This document shows positions 40,536 to 52,406 of a DNA stretch of 64,000 bases, in pieces. The stretch comes from Nannocystis bainbridge (GTDB lineage Bacteria; Myxococcota_A; Polyangia; Nannocystales; Nannocystaceae). The notes beneath the pieces were generated by a model. That model did no database searches. It saw only the letters and a list, made by a program, of their open reading frames with translations, and was not told the origin of the DNA. The position numbers were made by a program, and so were the translations under genes. Location of the stretch: contig NZ_JAQNDL010000003.1 in the NCBI RefSeq assembly GCF_028368995.1, positions 1,280,001 to 1,344,000 of the forward strand, written 5' to 3'. How positions within the stretch are numbered: position 1 is the stretch's first letter; each line of letters starts with the position of its first letter.

Positions 40536-42260
40536 ATGACCGCAATCACTGCCAGCGAACGCGCGAGCATCCCCAAGGCCCCCACGGGGATCAACGGCCT
40601 CGACGACATCACCGGAGGCGGCCTCCCGCGCGGGCGGCCGACGCTCGTATGCGGCAGCGCCGGTTGCGGCAAGACCTTGATGGCGATGGAGTTCCTGGTC
40701 CGCGGCGCCATCGAGTTCGACGAGCCCGGGGTGTTCTTCGCCTTCGAGGAGACGGCCGACGACCTGACCGCCAACGTCCGCTCGCTCGGCTTCGACCTCG
40801 ACGACCTGGCCGCGCGCGACAAGCTGATCGTCGAGCACATCCATATCGAGCGCAGCGAGATCGAGGAGGCCGGCGAGTTCGACCTCGAGGGCCTGTTCAT
40901 CCGCCTGGGCCTGGCGATCGACACCGTCGGGGCCAAGCGCGTGGTGCTCGACACGCTCGAGACCCTGTTCGGCGGCTTCGACAACGAGGGCATCCTGCGC
41001 GCGGAGCTGCGGCGGCTGTTCCGCTGGCTCAAGGACCGCGGCGTCACCGCCGTCATCACCGCCGAGCGCGGCGACGGCACCCTCACCCGCCAGGGCCTCG
41101 AGGAGTACGTGTCCGACTGCGTGATCCAGCTCGACCACCGCATGCACGACCAAGTGTCGACGCGGCGGCTGCGGATCGTCAAGTACCGCGGCACCCACCA
41201 CGGCACCAACGAGTACCCGTTCCTCATCGACAGCGACGGCTTCTCGGTGCTGCCGCTGAGCTCGCTCAAGCTCGACCACGAGGCCTCGACCGAGCGCGTG
41301 TCGACCGGCATCGAGCGCCTCGACGCCATGCTCGCCGGCGGCGTGTACCGCGGCACCAGCGTGCTGCTGTCCGGCACCGCCGGCACCGGCAAGTCGAGCA
41401 TCGCCGCCCACATGGCCGCCGCCTGCTGCGCCCGCGGCGAGCGCTGCCTCTACTACTCGTTCGAGGAGTCGCCGTCGCAGGTGCTCCGCAACATGCGGAC
41501 GATCGGCCTCGATCTGGCCCCGTGGCTCGACAACGGCATGCTCCACTTCGTCTCGACCCGCCCGACCTTCCACGGGCTCGAGATGCACCTGGCGACCATG
41601 TTCAAGCATGTCCGCGAGTTCGACCCGCAGTTGGTCGTCATCGACCCGATCAGCAATTTCATCTCGGTCGGCACCGCCGGCGAGGCCCAGTCGATGCTGC
41701 TGCGGCTGGTCGACTACCTCAAGAGCCGGCAGACCACGGCCGTGTTCGTCAGCCTGATCAGCGGCGGCAAGGGCCTGCTCGAGGCGACCGAGCAGAACAT
41801 CTCGTCGTTGATCGACACCTGGATCTTGCTGCGGGACGTCGAGCTCGGCGGCGAGCGCAACCGCGGCCTCCACGTCCTCAAGTCGCGCGGCACCCCGCAC
41901 TCCAACCAGGTCCGCGAGTTCGTGCTCACCGCGCACGGCGTCGAGCTGCGCGACGTCTACGTCGGCCCCGAGGGCGTGCTGACCGGCTCGATGCGGCTGG
42001 TGCAGGAGGCCAAGGAGCGCGAGGCCTCCGAGCTGCGCCGGCAGGCTATCGCCCGCAAGCGGCGAGAGATCGAGCGCAAGCGACAAGCACTGACGGCCCA
42101 GATCGCGGCCCTGCGGGCCGAGTCGGAGAGCGAGGAGCTCGAGCTCGAGCTGCTGCTCTCGGCCGAAGAGGCGGTCGATCGGCGGCTCGCCGACGACCGC
42201 GTCGGCATGGCGTCCAGTCGCCGCGCTGACGGCAACAAGCAACAGGAGGAATCGCCATGA
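40536..42260 (+). CDS. kaiC: Circadian clock protein KaiC homologue (double ATPase with C-terminal coiled coil)
   Basis: Walker A GSAGCGKT and [11 protein letters not shown] in both domains, KYRG/KSRG fingers, ISSLID phospho-site region and a helical tail. Confidence 0.95.
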   Translation: MTAITASERASIPKAPTGINGLDDITGGGLPRGRPTLVCGSAGCGKTLMAMEFLVRGAIEFDEPGVFFAFEETADDLTANVRSLGFDLDDLAARDKLIVEHIHIERSEIEEAGEFDLEGLFIRLGLAIDTVGAKRVVLDTLETLFGGFDNEGILRAELRRLFRWLKDRGVTAVITAERGDGTLTRQGLEEYVSDCVIQLDHRMHDQVSTRRLRIVKYRGTHHGTNEYPFLIDSDGFSVLPLSSLKLDHEASTERVSTGIERLDAMLAGGVYRGTSVLLSGTAGTGKSSIAAHMAAACCARGERCLYYSFEESPSQVLRNMRTIGLDLAPWLDNGMLHFVSTRPTFHGLEMHLATMFKHVREFDPQLVVIDPISNFISVGTAGEAQSMLLRLVDYLKSRQTTAVFVSLISGGKGLLEATEQNISSLIDTWILLRDVELGGERNRGLHVLKSRGTPHSNQVREFVLTAHGVELRDVYVGPEGVLTGSMRLVQEAKEREASELRRQAIARKRREIERKRQALTAQIAALRAESESEELELELLLSAEEAVDRRLADDRVGMASSRRADGNKQQEESP

Positions 42261-42580
42261 ACAGCGAGCACGAACTTCAGGCGGGATCCGACGAGCCCGA
42301 CGTCTGGGAGCTGCGGCTGTACGTCGCCGGTCAGACCCCGAAGTCGATGCAGGCGCTGCATAACCTGCAGAAGATCTGCGAGGAGCACCTGCCCGGGCGC
42401 TACCGCATCGAGGTCATCGACCTCCACAAGCACCCGAAGCTGGCCAAGCAGGACGAGATCGTCGCCATCCCGACGCTCGTCCGCAAGCTGCCCGACCCGA
42501 TCCGCCGCGTCATCGGCGACCTCTCGAACCTCGAGAAGGCGCTGATCGGCCTGCAGCTGGTGCCCGCGACGAACCCATGA
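42257..42580 (+). CDS. kaiB: KaiB homologue
   Basis: [20 protein letters not shown]...Y.IEVID....P.LA....IVAIPTL...[15 protein letters not shown] overlap with kaiC. Confidence 0.96.
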   Translation: MNSEHELQAGSDEPDVWELRLYVAGQTPKSMQALHNLQKICEEHLPGRYRIEVIDLHKHPKLAKQDEIVAIPTLVRKLPDPIRRVIGDLSNLEKALIGLQLVPATNP

Positions 42581-42710
42581 CCGCCCGCGCGACCGCCGTC
42601 TCTACCTGTCCTTTCGGCCAGGCCCAGCGTGACCGCCGTGCGCCCTCCGGGGCCCGTGCGGTCACCTGTCTCTTCGGCCATACGCGGGCCCACCCGGCGG
42701 AGGTGACGTC

Positions 42711-44735
42711 GTGAGCGACGCCCTCGCCGCTGCCCAGCGGGAGCTCGAGGAGCTGCGCCTCCGCCTCGCCGAGGCCCAGGAGACCATCCGCGCGATCCAG
42801 GGCGGCGAGGTCGACGCCCTCGTCGTCAGCGACGAAGAGTCGCCGCGGGTGCTCACGCTCGACGCCGCCGACAAGCCGTACCGCCTGCTCGTCGAGCAGA
42901 TGCACCACGGCGCCGCCGCGCTGACGATCGAGGGCGTCGTGCTGGCCTGCAACCCGGCGTTCACGCGGCTGCTGCGGAGCGAGCCGGCCGCGGTGCTGGA
43001 CCTGCCGCTGCAGCAGCACATCGACCCGCCGGGCCTGCCGGTGTTCGAGGCGCTGCTGCGCGACGGCCTGGCCGCGAGCGCCGAGAGCGAGGTCATGCTG
43101 CGCCGCGGCGACGGCGAGCGCATGCCGATCGTCCTCGGCGTGCGGGCGCTGCACGAGGGCGTCGCCGGCGTGTGCCTGCTGGTCGTCGACCTCAGCGAGC
43201 CGAAGCGACGCGAGCGGCTGATCGCCGACGAGGCGACCGCGCGGGCGATCCTCGAGCAGGTCGCCGACGCCGTGGTCGTGTGTGACAACGAGGGCACCGT
43301 CCTGCGCGCCAGCCGGGCCGCGCACGACCTGTGCGGCACCAACCCGCTGTTCCAGCGGTTCGACCGCGTGTTCTCGCTGACCCGCCACGACGAGCCCGGC
43401 GCGCTCGTCGACCTGACCGCCGCGTGGCGCGGCGAGCCGCTGCGCGGCCTCGAGGTCCGCTGGGACCGCCCCGGGGGCAAGCGCGCCGAGCTGATGCTGG
43501 GCGCCGGCCCGCTGGTCGTCGCCGGCGGCGAGCGGCTCGGCGTCGTCATCACCCTGACCGACATCACCTCGTTGCGCGAGGCCGAGGACGAGCTGCGCCG
43601 CCGCGCCAGCGAGCTCCAGGCCTCAGACCGCCGCAAGGACGAGTTCCTGGCGATGCTGGCCCACGAGCTGCGCAACCCGCTGTCGCCGATCCAGTCGTCG
43701 CTCGAGATCATGAGCCTGCAGGCGCTCGACGACCCGCTGACCAACCAGTGTCGCGAGGTCATCGAGCGCCAGGTCCAGCAGCTGACGCGGCTGGTCGACG
43801 ACCTGCTCGAGGTGTCGCGCATCAACACCGGCAAGATCCAGCTGCAGATCGAGCGCATCGACCTCGGCGCGACGGTGCAGCGCGGCATCGAGACCAGCCG
43901 CCCGGCCGTCGACGCCAAGCAGCACCGGCTGCAGTTCGTCGGCCCGCCCGAGCCGGTGTGGGTCCGCGCCGACGCCACGCGGATCGCCCAGGTGATCGGC
44001 AACCTCGTCAACAACGCCGCCAAGTACACCGAGAACGGCGGCGAGATCGCCGTGCGCCTCGAGAGCGAGCGCGGCCACGCCGTCGTCCGCGTGCGCGACA
44101 GCGGGATCGGCATCCCGCAGGAGATGCTGGGCGAGGTGTTCGACCTCTTCACGCAGGTCCACCGCTCGCTCGACCGCTCGCAGGGCGGCCTCGGCATCGG
44201 CCTGGCGCTGGTCAAGCGGCTCGTCACCATCCACGGCGGGCAGGTCGAGGCCCACAGCGACGGCGCCGGGCTCGGCAGCGAGTTCGTGATCCGCCTGCCG
44301 CAGGGGGAGAGCGAGCGCGCCGCGCCCGAGCCGCCGCGCGCCGACAAGGCCGGCTCCTCCGGGCCGAGCCTGCGCGTGCTCGTCATCGACGACAACCGCG
44401 ACGCCGCCGAGCTGCTGGCGGCCCTGCTCGGCATGCTCGGCCACAAGGTCGAGACCGCCGGCGACGGCCCGTCCGGCATCGCCGCGGCGCTGTCGTTCTT
44501 GCCGCAGCTGGTGCTGTGCGACATCGGCCTGCCGCTGCTCGACGGCTACGGCGTGGTCGCCGACCTGCGCCACCGCCCCGAGTTCGCCGCCACCCGCTTC
44601 ATCGCCCTCACCGGCTACGGCCGCGCGGAGGACCGCCAGCGCTCGCAGGCCAGCGGCTTCCACGCCCACCTGATCAAGCCGGTCGGCCTCGCCAAGCTCA
44701 AGTCGCTGCTGCGCCCGCCGCAGGACGAGACCTGA
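42711..44735 (+). CDS. PAS-PAS hybrid histidine kinase of the kaiBC-associated type
   Basis: N-terminal 'LAEAQETIRAIQGGEVDALVV' segment, two PAS domains, AHELRNPL, NNAAKY, GGLGIGL and REC. Confidence 0.92.
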   Translation: MSDALAAAQRELEELRLRLAEAQETIRAIQGGEVDALVVSDEESPRVLTLDAADKPYRLLVEQMHHGAAALTIEGVVLACNPAFTRLLRSEPAAVLDLPLQQHIDPPGLPVFEALLRDGLAASAESEVMLRRGDGERMPIVLGVRALHEGVAGVCLLVVDLSEPKRRERLIADEATARAILEQVADAVVVCDNEGTVLRASRAAHDLCGTNPLFQRFDRVFSLTRHDEPGALVDLTAAWRGEPLRGLEVRWDRPGGKRAELMLGAGPLVVAGGERLGVVITLTDITSLREAEDELRRRASELQASDRRKDEFLAMLAHELRNPLSPIQSSLEIMSLQALDDPLTNQCREVIERQVQQLTRLVDDLLEVSRINTGKIQLQIERIDLGATVQRGIETSRPAVDAKQHRLQFVGPPEPVWVRADATRIAQVIGNLVNNAAKYTENGGEIAVRLESERGHAVVRVRDSGIGIPQEMLGEVFDLFTQVHRSLDRSQGGLGIGLALVKRLVTIHGGQVEAHSDGAGLGSEFVIRLPQGESERAAPEPPRADKAGSSGPSLRVLVIDDNRDAAELLAALLGMLGHKVETAGDGPSGIAAALSFLPQLVLCDIGLPLLDGYGVVADLRHRPEFAATRFIALTGYGRAEDRQRSQASGFHAHLIKPVGLAKLKSLLRPPQDET

Positions 44736-44749
44736 CCCGCCGGGCAGCC

Positions 44750-44910
44750 TCACGTCTTTCGTGAAGGGCTGTCCGTGAGGACATGGCCGGAGAGACACCC
44801 GAGGATGTCCTCTCGATCATGTCCTCAAAGCCATGCATGACCTTCCCGGCGCCGGTACTGCCCGTCCCGAGCGACACAATCTGGCCCTCCAAACATGTCC
44901 TCGAGGACAG
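44750..44910. repeat. Cluster of TGTC-N6-GACA units at a convergent junction
   Basis: Perfect copies at 44770 and 44896, with phased degenerate copies between them. Confidence 0.8.
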
Positions 44911-44977
44911 ATTAAAATCACGCCGGCTGTCGGGTTCGCCCGGCTGGCGGGTCCAGGCACGCCCTCGACCCGCCTCG

Positions 44978-45973
44978 TCACGCCGGCGCGGGCGCGAGCG
45001 GCAGGCCGATCGCCAGCGTCGTCCCGCCGCCGCTCGGCGATGGTTCGTGCCACAGCCGGCCTCCGTGGGCCTCGACGATGCTGCGGGCCACGAACAGCTC
45101 CGTCGTCGTCCGCCGGCGCGCCAGCGACGGGCGGCCGAGGTCCGCGATCACGTCGCTGACGCGGAGCACCACCTCCGCGCCCACCACCTCGCCGCGCAGC
45201 ACCACCGCGCGCTCCGCCACCGCGGCCCGCAGCGCCGACTGCAGCGCGCTGGTCAGAGCCCGCACCAGGCGCTCGTGGTCGCCCAGCAGCCACGCCTCGC
45301 CCACCTGCAGCGTTTGCTCGATCCGGACCTTGCGCGCCGAACCCGAGGCCTCGCTGCGGGTGACCGCCTCTGCCACCAGCTCGCCCACCGGCAGCGGATA
45401 GCGCTCGAGCAGCTCCGGACTCCCGCGCAGGTCCGCCACCTCGTGCAGCCCGCGCGTCACGTCCTGCAGCCGCTGCGACGCGCTCTGCAGCATCTCCGTC
45501 ACCATCTCCTGCTCCGGCGAACCGCCGCCGAGCCCCCCCAGGTAATCGCGGCACAGGCAGATGTTCATCAGCGGGTTGCTGATGTCGTGCGCCAGCATCT
45601 CCAGCAGCTGCGCCTCGCGCTCGCGCAGCAGCGCCGCCATGCTCGCCGCGTACTGGCGGTCCAGCACCTCGTGGAGCGCCTCGCCGACCTCGCCCTCGCG
45701 ATCGGCCGGTTCGAGGTGGCCGGCGACGTCCCGGCGCAGCGCCGCGAACTCGCGCGCGAGCGCCTCGGGCCCGGCGTCCTCGCGCGCGCGGCTGGCCCCG
45801 TGCCCGGTCGCCGCGTCGGCGCTGGCCGTCGTGTCGGTCGTCTCCAGCAGCTCGGCCAGCTCCTCGACCAGCAGCTCGGCGCCCTCGAACAGCGTCACGA
45901 ACGCGGGCAAGCGCTCGCGCAGGCGCTGGGCGGCGTGCGCTCGGGACGAGGGTGGAGACCGCCGGGCCGGCAT
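44978..45973 (-). CDS. Histidine-kinase-like protein with intact H-box but degenerate ATPase domain
   Basis: LAHDISNPL is present. The N box reads TSALQSALRA, G1 reads SDVIADLG, G2 reads TTTELF, followed by ARSIVEAHGG. Confidence 0.75.
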   Translation of the reverse strand: MPARRSPPSSRAHAAQRLRERLPAFVTLFEGAELLVEELAELLETTDTTASADAATGHGASRAREDAGPEALAREFAALRRDVAGHLEPADREGEVGEALHEVLDRQYAASMAALLREREAQLLEMLAHDISNPLMNICLCRDYLGGLGGGSPEQEMVTEMLQSASQRLQDVTRGLHEVADLRGSPELLERYPLPVGELVAEAVTRSEASGSARKVRIEQTLQVGEAWLLGDHERLVRALTSALQSALRAAVAERAVVLRGEVVGAEVVLRVSDVIADLGRPSLARRRTTTELFVARSIVEAHGGRLWHEPSPSGGGTTLAIGLPLAPAPA

Positions 45974-46229
45974 CGTCGGCCGCGGAATATGGCACAGAGG
46001 CCCGCGGCGCGTGAAGCTCCGCCCCGCCGTCCGCGCCGCGCGACGCCTGGGAATTCCCCGACGAAAGCGGCGCTGTACGGGTGATTTTCGCCCCTGCGCA
46101 GCAGGTTCGTCGCCGACTCACGCCGCGCGCCGCGACGCCCTCCTGCGCGACCGCTCGCCCCCGTCTTCACCCGACGCCCGGGCCGCGCCCGCGCGGCCCG
46201 CGAGGCCTCGATCCTCGGGAGCGCCGCGC

Positions 46230-46405
46230 CTCTCCTGTCTTTGCAGACAGCCTCCTCCGAGGTCCCCGCGACCCTGACGCCCGCGGCCCGCCCCCCGGCG
46301 AACATGTCCGCGAGGACAGCCTCACCGGTCCCTGCGTGAATCCCCGTCCCGCATCCCACCTGTCCCCGAGGACATCCGCCTCCGTGACCTGTCCCCGAGG
46401 ACATC
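46230..46405. repeat. Cluster of four perfect TGTC-N6-GACA units
   Basis: Copies at 46236, 46305, 46361 and 46390. Confidence 0.85.
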
Positions 46406-46429
46406 CGGCGGCGCTCGACCTCGCTGGGC

Positions 46430-47047
46430 TCACTCCACGCCGCTGTCGTCCCGCAGCAAGTCGGCGTCCGGATCGGGTCGCAGCTCGAGCGGCACCCCGA
46501 GCAGCGCCGCCAGCTTCGCCGCCGCCGCCTGTGCCGCCGCCTCGCGGATCGGCTCGGCCAGAGGATCGAGGTCCAGCGACCCGACCCGCAGCGTGCGCGC
46601 GTGCGTACGCACCTTCAGCTCGAGCCAGCGCGGCGCGCCGCGCTTCATCTTCGCCCGCGCCGGGCGGGCCTCCAGCGCCTGCAGCCCGAACGCCGGCTCG
46701 CTGTGCCGACGCGCGGCGGCCTGGAACTCGAGCGTCACCTCGCCGCGCACTGCCACGATTCGCAGCGGAGCCTCGAGCAGGAAGCAGTAGAGCACCACCC
46801 GCAGGCAGATGTAGAGCGGCAGCAGGAACGACACGCCCTTCAGCGCGTTCGCCAGGGCCATCTCGCGGTACAGCAGCACCCCGAAGATGAGCACCTGGAG
46901 CGCGGCGATCGTCACCACCGCCAGCCACAGCCCGACGCGGCGCCGCCAGTCCGCCGCCGTCCGCCGCCGCGACAGCACCAGCCGCGTCCCGTCGTCGACC
47001 TCGACCGTGAAGGGCCGGAACGGGTCCTCGATCACCGCCTCGGGCAC
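46430..47047 (-). CDS. Hypothetical membrane protein (2 TM)
   Basis: Two hydrophobic segments followed by a soluble domain. The start is uncertain (GTG 47047 chosen). Confidence 0.6.
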   Translation of the reverse strand: MPEAVIEDPFRPFTVEVDDGTRLVLSRRRTAADWRRRVGLWLAVVTIAALQVLIFGVLLYREMALANALKGVSFLLPLYICLRVVLYCFLLEAPLRIVAVRGEVTLEFQAAARRHSEPAFGLQALEARPARAKMKRGAPRWLELKVRTHARTLRVGSLDLDPLAEPIREAAAQAAAAKLAALLGVPLELRPDPDADLLRDDSGVE

Positions 47048-47644
47048 GATTTCCAACCATACCGCAGTCGAGCTCGCCGCCACCACCCGCCCGACTCGCG
47101 GGTTCGCGCGTGCGCTCGACGAAGCGTCGGGCGAGCCCGACCTGCGAGGGCGTGAGCTCGGCCTCACGCGCCGTCGCCGACGCCCGCACCGACGAGCTTG
47201 CGCGCCCGCCCGTGCGGCGGACGTGCCGTCACGCGCCGCCCTCGCCGCGCGCGTCCCGCTCGCGCCCGGCTCGGCCAGGCGCTGCGAGCCCGACCTCTGG
47301 CAGCGCCTCGACCGAGCTGGGGCCGGCCAGCTCGCTAGCCAGGCCGCAGGCTCGCCCGCGTCGGAGATCCCCCGCTCGAGCTCGCCTTGAGGTCGGCCCG
47401 CCGCGATTGTGCCAGTGCCCCCAGCGGCTGACCTTTCGGACATCTCGCGCTCCCTTCGCCGCTGCGCGTCATGACCGACCTCAGCCATGTACCTGCATGT
47501 GACCCGGCGAATACGAACTGTGGTTCGCCGGAGCCGCTGCGACAGCGGCACGCGTGTATGCCACACACGGTGCGGCAGGCGCTGATATTGCGGCGCGGCC
47601 CCGGAGCGAGGACACTGTCACTCGGCATGCACGATCCCGGAGGC

Positions 47645-49168
<1,524 letters not shown>

Positions 49169-49237
49169 GCATGTCCCGAAGGACATGCTGCGCCGGGCCG
49201 CCTTGACGACATGTCCCTCGGGACATGTCTGCCGAAT

Positions 49238-51064
49238 CTACGGCTCGAGCTCGCCCCAGCGGACGATCGTGCCGTCCTCCGAGGCGCTCCACAGCGCGCC
49301 GTCGGCCCACCGTAGATCCAGCACCTGATCGGTGTGTCGGTGGAGCACCGCGACCTGCTCGCCGCCGGGCACCCGGTGCTGCGTGATCTGGCCCCACTCG
49401 TGGCCGACGAACAGCCACTCGCGCGTGAGCAGCAGGCTGCACGCGTGGCTGGGCCCGCTCGGGAGCTCGGGCAGCGCCTCGACCACCGCCCCGGTCGCCA
49501 CGCGGATCAGCCGGATCTCCGGGTACCCTGCCACCGCCACGAACGCCCCCTCGGGGCTGATGGCGATCGCGCCGCCTCGCTCGATCTGCAACGACAGCGT
49601 CGGCTTCGCCTTGGCCAGGCCGACCACCGCCAGCGCCTCGCCGATCAGCACCGCCGCCACCTCGTCGGCCAGCGCCAGCCGCGGCCAGTCACCCTTCGCC
49701 TTGAACGTCTTCCCCTTCGCAGCTCCGAACGCGCGCCACTGGGCGTGGCAGGTCGGATCGCTGCGCGGGTTGGACGGCCGCGTGTGCGACAGGACGCCCC
49801 ACGTCGCGTCGTTCGGCGCCAGCGCCAGCCCGTCGGCGCAGCGCTGGACCTCGATCGTCTCGAGCTTCTCTCCCTCGGCGTCGAGCACCGCCACCGCCAC
49901 CGCCGCCCCGTCGTGGAGCACCACCATCCGCTGGCGGTCGCGCGTGCGCACCACATCGTGGACCTGCACGTGCGTCAGCATCCGCGTCGCTCCGCTCGCT
50001 AGCTCGATCTCCACCACCGAATCGAGGTAGTTCAGCGACTGCGTCAGGTGGGCCGTGACCGCCCCCTCGTACACGATCACCCGCCGCAGGCCGCGGCTGA
50101 AGCCCGTCACTCTGGCGAGTGGTTGCTCCGGGCGATCGATCGCCCAGATCGCCACGCTCGCGTCGATGCAGTCGATCGCCGCCACGTGGCTCGCGCTGGC
50201 GGCCGCCCCCTGCCCGCGCCAGCCCGGCTGCTGCCCGATCGTGCCTGGTTGCCGGGCGGTGAAGATCGCCCGCTCCGCCGCCACCTCCCACACCACCACC
50301 TCGCCGAGGCTGTCATGGAAGGTCACGCGGCTGCGATCGTGCGCCACCGTCCCGGGGCCCGAGCCGATCGACAGATCGCGGAGGTGGACGAATTTGCCGT
50401 CGACGAGCCCGGCCCGCTCGCCGCGCGTCCCGATCATCCCGCCGTCGTCCGTCACCAGCAGCGGGTTCGGGCCGATGAAGAACGGGCTGTCCTCGCGCGG
50501 CTCGATACGCCCGTCGGCATGCACGATCAGCAGGTGATTGCTGCTCATATAGACCGCGCCGTCGCGGCGGACCGCCAGCGCCCCCCTCGCCTCCGGCGGC
50601 AGCTCGATCTCGCCGAGCACCGCCCCGGTGAGCGTATCGACGCGAAAGAGCGTCGCCGGCCGACCCGGTCGATAGCCGACGAGCTGCGCCCCGTCGGGCG
50701 TCAGCGCCCCGTTGAACTGAAACCCCGGAATCGGCGCCGGCACCAGCCCGACCACGCGGCCCGACGCCGGCCACACGCGCACCACGGCGCGGCCTCCCGG
50801 CTCGCGCACCGCCGCCACCACCGATTCCCCGTCGGGGTGGGCCACCATCCATTCGACCCCGCCGATGGCGGGGATGCTCGCGCGTGGCGGCATCGGCGAC
50901 GCCGGATCGTGGAGCGTCAGCCCGTGGCTCGCGCCGACCACCAGCGACCCGTCGGCCAGGAACGCCAGCGCGTGCGGCTTGCCGGCGAAGATCCGCAGCG
51001 CCGGCCCGCGCGGGGCAGCAGCAAAATGCACGATGGGAGCGGCGAGACGGGGGGTCCAGGTCAT
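49238..51064 (-). CDS. WD40/beta-propeller repeat protein
   Basis: Repeated 'ALAF..DG', 'ISPEG' and C-terminal 'HTDQV.DL.W....LWSASEDGTI..W'. Confidence 0.75.
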   Translation of the reverse strand: MTWTPRLAAPIVHFAAAPRGPALRIFAGKPHALAFLADGSLVVGASHGLTLHDPASPMPPRASIPAIGGVEWMVAHPDGESVVAAVREPGGRAVVRVWPASGRVVGLVPAPIPGFQFNGALTPDGAQLVGYRPGRPATLFRVDTLTGAVLGEIELPPEARGALAVRRDGAVYMSSNHLLIVHADGRIEPREDSPFFIGPNPLLVTDDGGMIGTRGERAGLVDGKFVHLRDLSIGSGPGTVAHDRSRVTFHDSLGEVVVWEVAAERAIFTARQPGTIGQQPGWRGQGAAASASHVAAIDCIDASVAIWAIDRPEQPLARVTGFSRGLRRVIVYEGAVTAHLTQSLNYLDSVVEIELASGATRMLTHVQVHDVVRTRDRQRMVVLHDGAAVAVAVLDAEGEKLETIEVQRCADGLALAPNDATWGVLSHTRPSNPRSDPTCHAQWRAFGAAKGKTFKAKGDWPRLALADEVAAVLIGEALAVVGLAKAKPTLSLQIERGGAIAISPEGAFVAVAGYPEIRLIRVATGAVVEALPELPSGPSHACSLLLTREWLFVGHEWGQITQHRVPGGEQVAVLHRHTDQVLDLRWADGALWSASEDGTIVRWGELEP

Positions 51065-51346
51065 GGGGAGGTGCCCGAGAATAACCGTGTGCGCCTTGTC
51101 GCGGTTCACGATCGTCCATCGCCGCGATCGATGGCGCCCCGGGTGGCACTCCTCCTGCGTGACCCCGACGCCGCGCGAACGCGTGCTTTGGCGCGTGACG
51201 GAGATCCACCGTCACGCGCCCGCGTACGGCGTCCGACCGTCGAGGGGCGACCGCGACGTGCGGATCGCTCCTGGGTTGCTACGCTGCGCCCCCATCCGAT
51301 CGGTCGATATCACCGCCCCGGATGACTTGCCGATACCTCGGAGAAA

Positions 51347-52267
51347 ATGATGCATAAGCCTGCTCGAATCCTCACCCTGTTGTGCGCCGCGCTGCTCGGC
51401 GGCTGCTCGGATCCCGGCGCCGGCGTCACTGCGGCCCCCAGCACCGACGATCCGTCGACCTCGACCGACTCCACCGGTTCGACCACCGTCGCGCCCACCA
51501 CCGGCGAGCCCACCACCGGCACCACCACTGGCACCACCACCGGCACCAGCACCACCAGCGACGACGCCACGACCAGCGTGACCGACGGCGAGGAGGCGAT
51601 GTGCGACGTGTGGCAGCAGGACTGCCCGGACGGCTACAAGTGCATGGCCTACGCGCCCGAGGGTGAGCCCGCGTTCGTCGGCAACAAGTGTACCCCCGTG
51701 ATCCAGAACCCCGGCAAGGTCGGTGATCCCTGCATCGTCGAGGACGGCTGGTGGACCGGCGTCGACGACTGCGACTACGGCCTCGCCTGCTGGAACATCA
51801 ACCACGACGACAACACCGGCCAGTGTGTCGCCCTGTGTTCCGGCACCGAGGACTCCTACGATTGCCCGGGCTCGGCCGACATCTGCGTGTTCTGGGTCCC
51901 CGGCATCGCCCACGTGTGCCTGCAGGGCTGCGACCCGCTGCTGCAGGACTGCCCGGACGCCCAGGGCTGCTTACCCGACTGGGCCAGCGGCGGCCAGCAA
52001 TTCGTGTGCCTCGCCGAATACTCGTTCGAGGAGGGCCAGGAGTTCGACCCCTGCCAGTTCAGCAACGTGTGCGACCCGGGCCTCCTGTGCTGGGGCTCGG
52101 ACTCGGCGCTCGAGTGCGACCAGGACATCGGCGGCTGCTGCCTCTCGTTCTGCGACATCACCGATCCGCAGTGCACCGGCGAGGGCGCCGAGTGCGTGTC
52201 CTTCTACGAGGGCCGCGAGGTGCCGCCGGCCTTCGCCGACGTCGGGATCTGCGTGCTCCCCGGCTGA
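51347..52267 (+). CDS. Cys/acidic-rich lipoprotein (CD...QDCP repeats), hypothetical
   Basis: LGGC lipobox, Thr-rich linker and two CDxxxQDCP..G..C modules. Confidence 0.85.
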   Translation: MMHKPARILTLLCAALLGGCSDPGAGVTAAPSTDDPSTSTDSTGSTTVAPTTGEPTTGTTTGTTTGTSTTSDDATTSVTDGEEAMCDVWQQDCPDGYKCMAYAPEGEPAFVGNKCTPVIQNPGKVGDPCIVEDGWWTGVDDCDYGLACWNINHDDNTGQCVALCSGTEDSYDCPGSADICVFWVPGIAHVCLQGCDPLLQDCPDAQGCLPDWASGGQQFVCLAEYSFEEGQEFDPCQFSNVCDPGLLCWGSDSALECDQDIGGCCLSFCDITDPQCTGEGAECVSFYEGREVPPAFADVGICVLPG

Positions 52268-52406
52268 ACCAACGCGCCGGCTCTCGCTTGAGCCTCGGAT
52301 GTCCCTTTCGCCATGTGCGAAGGGACATCCGAGACACGACCCGGATCCAATCCATCGAGATGCCCCCGAGGACAGGTCCACGCGGACGTTTCAATCAACG
52401 CCCGCG

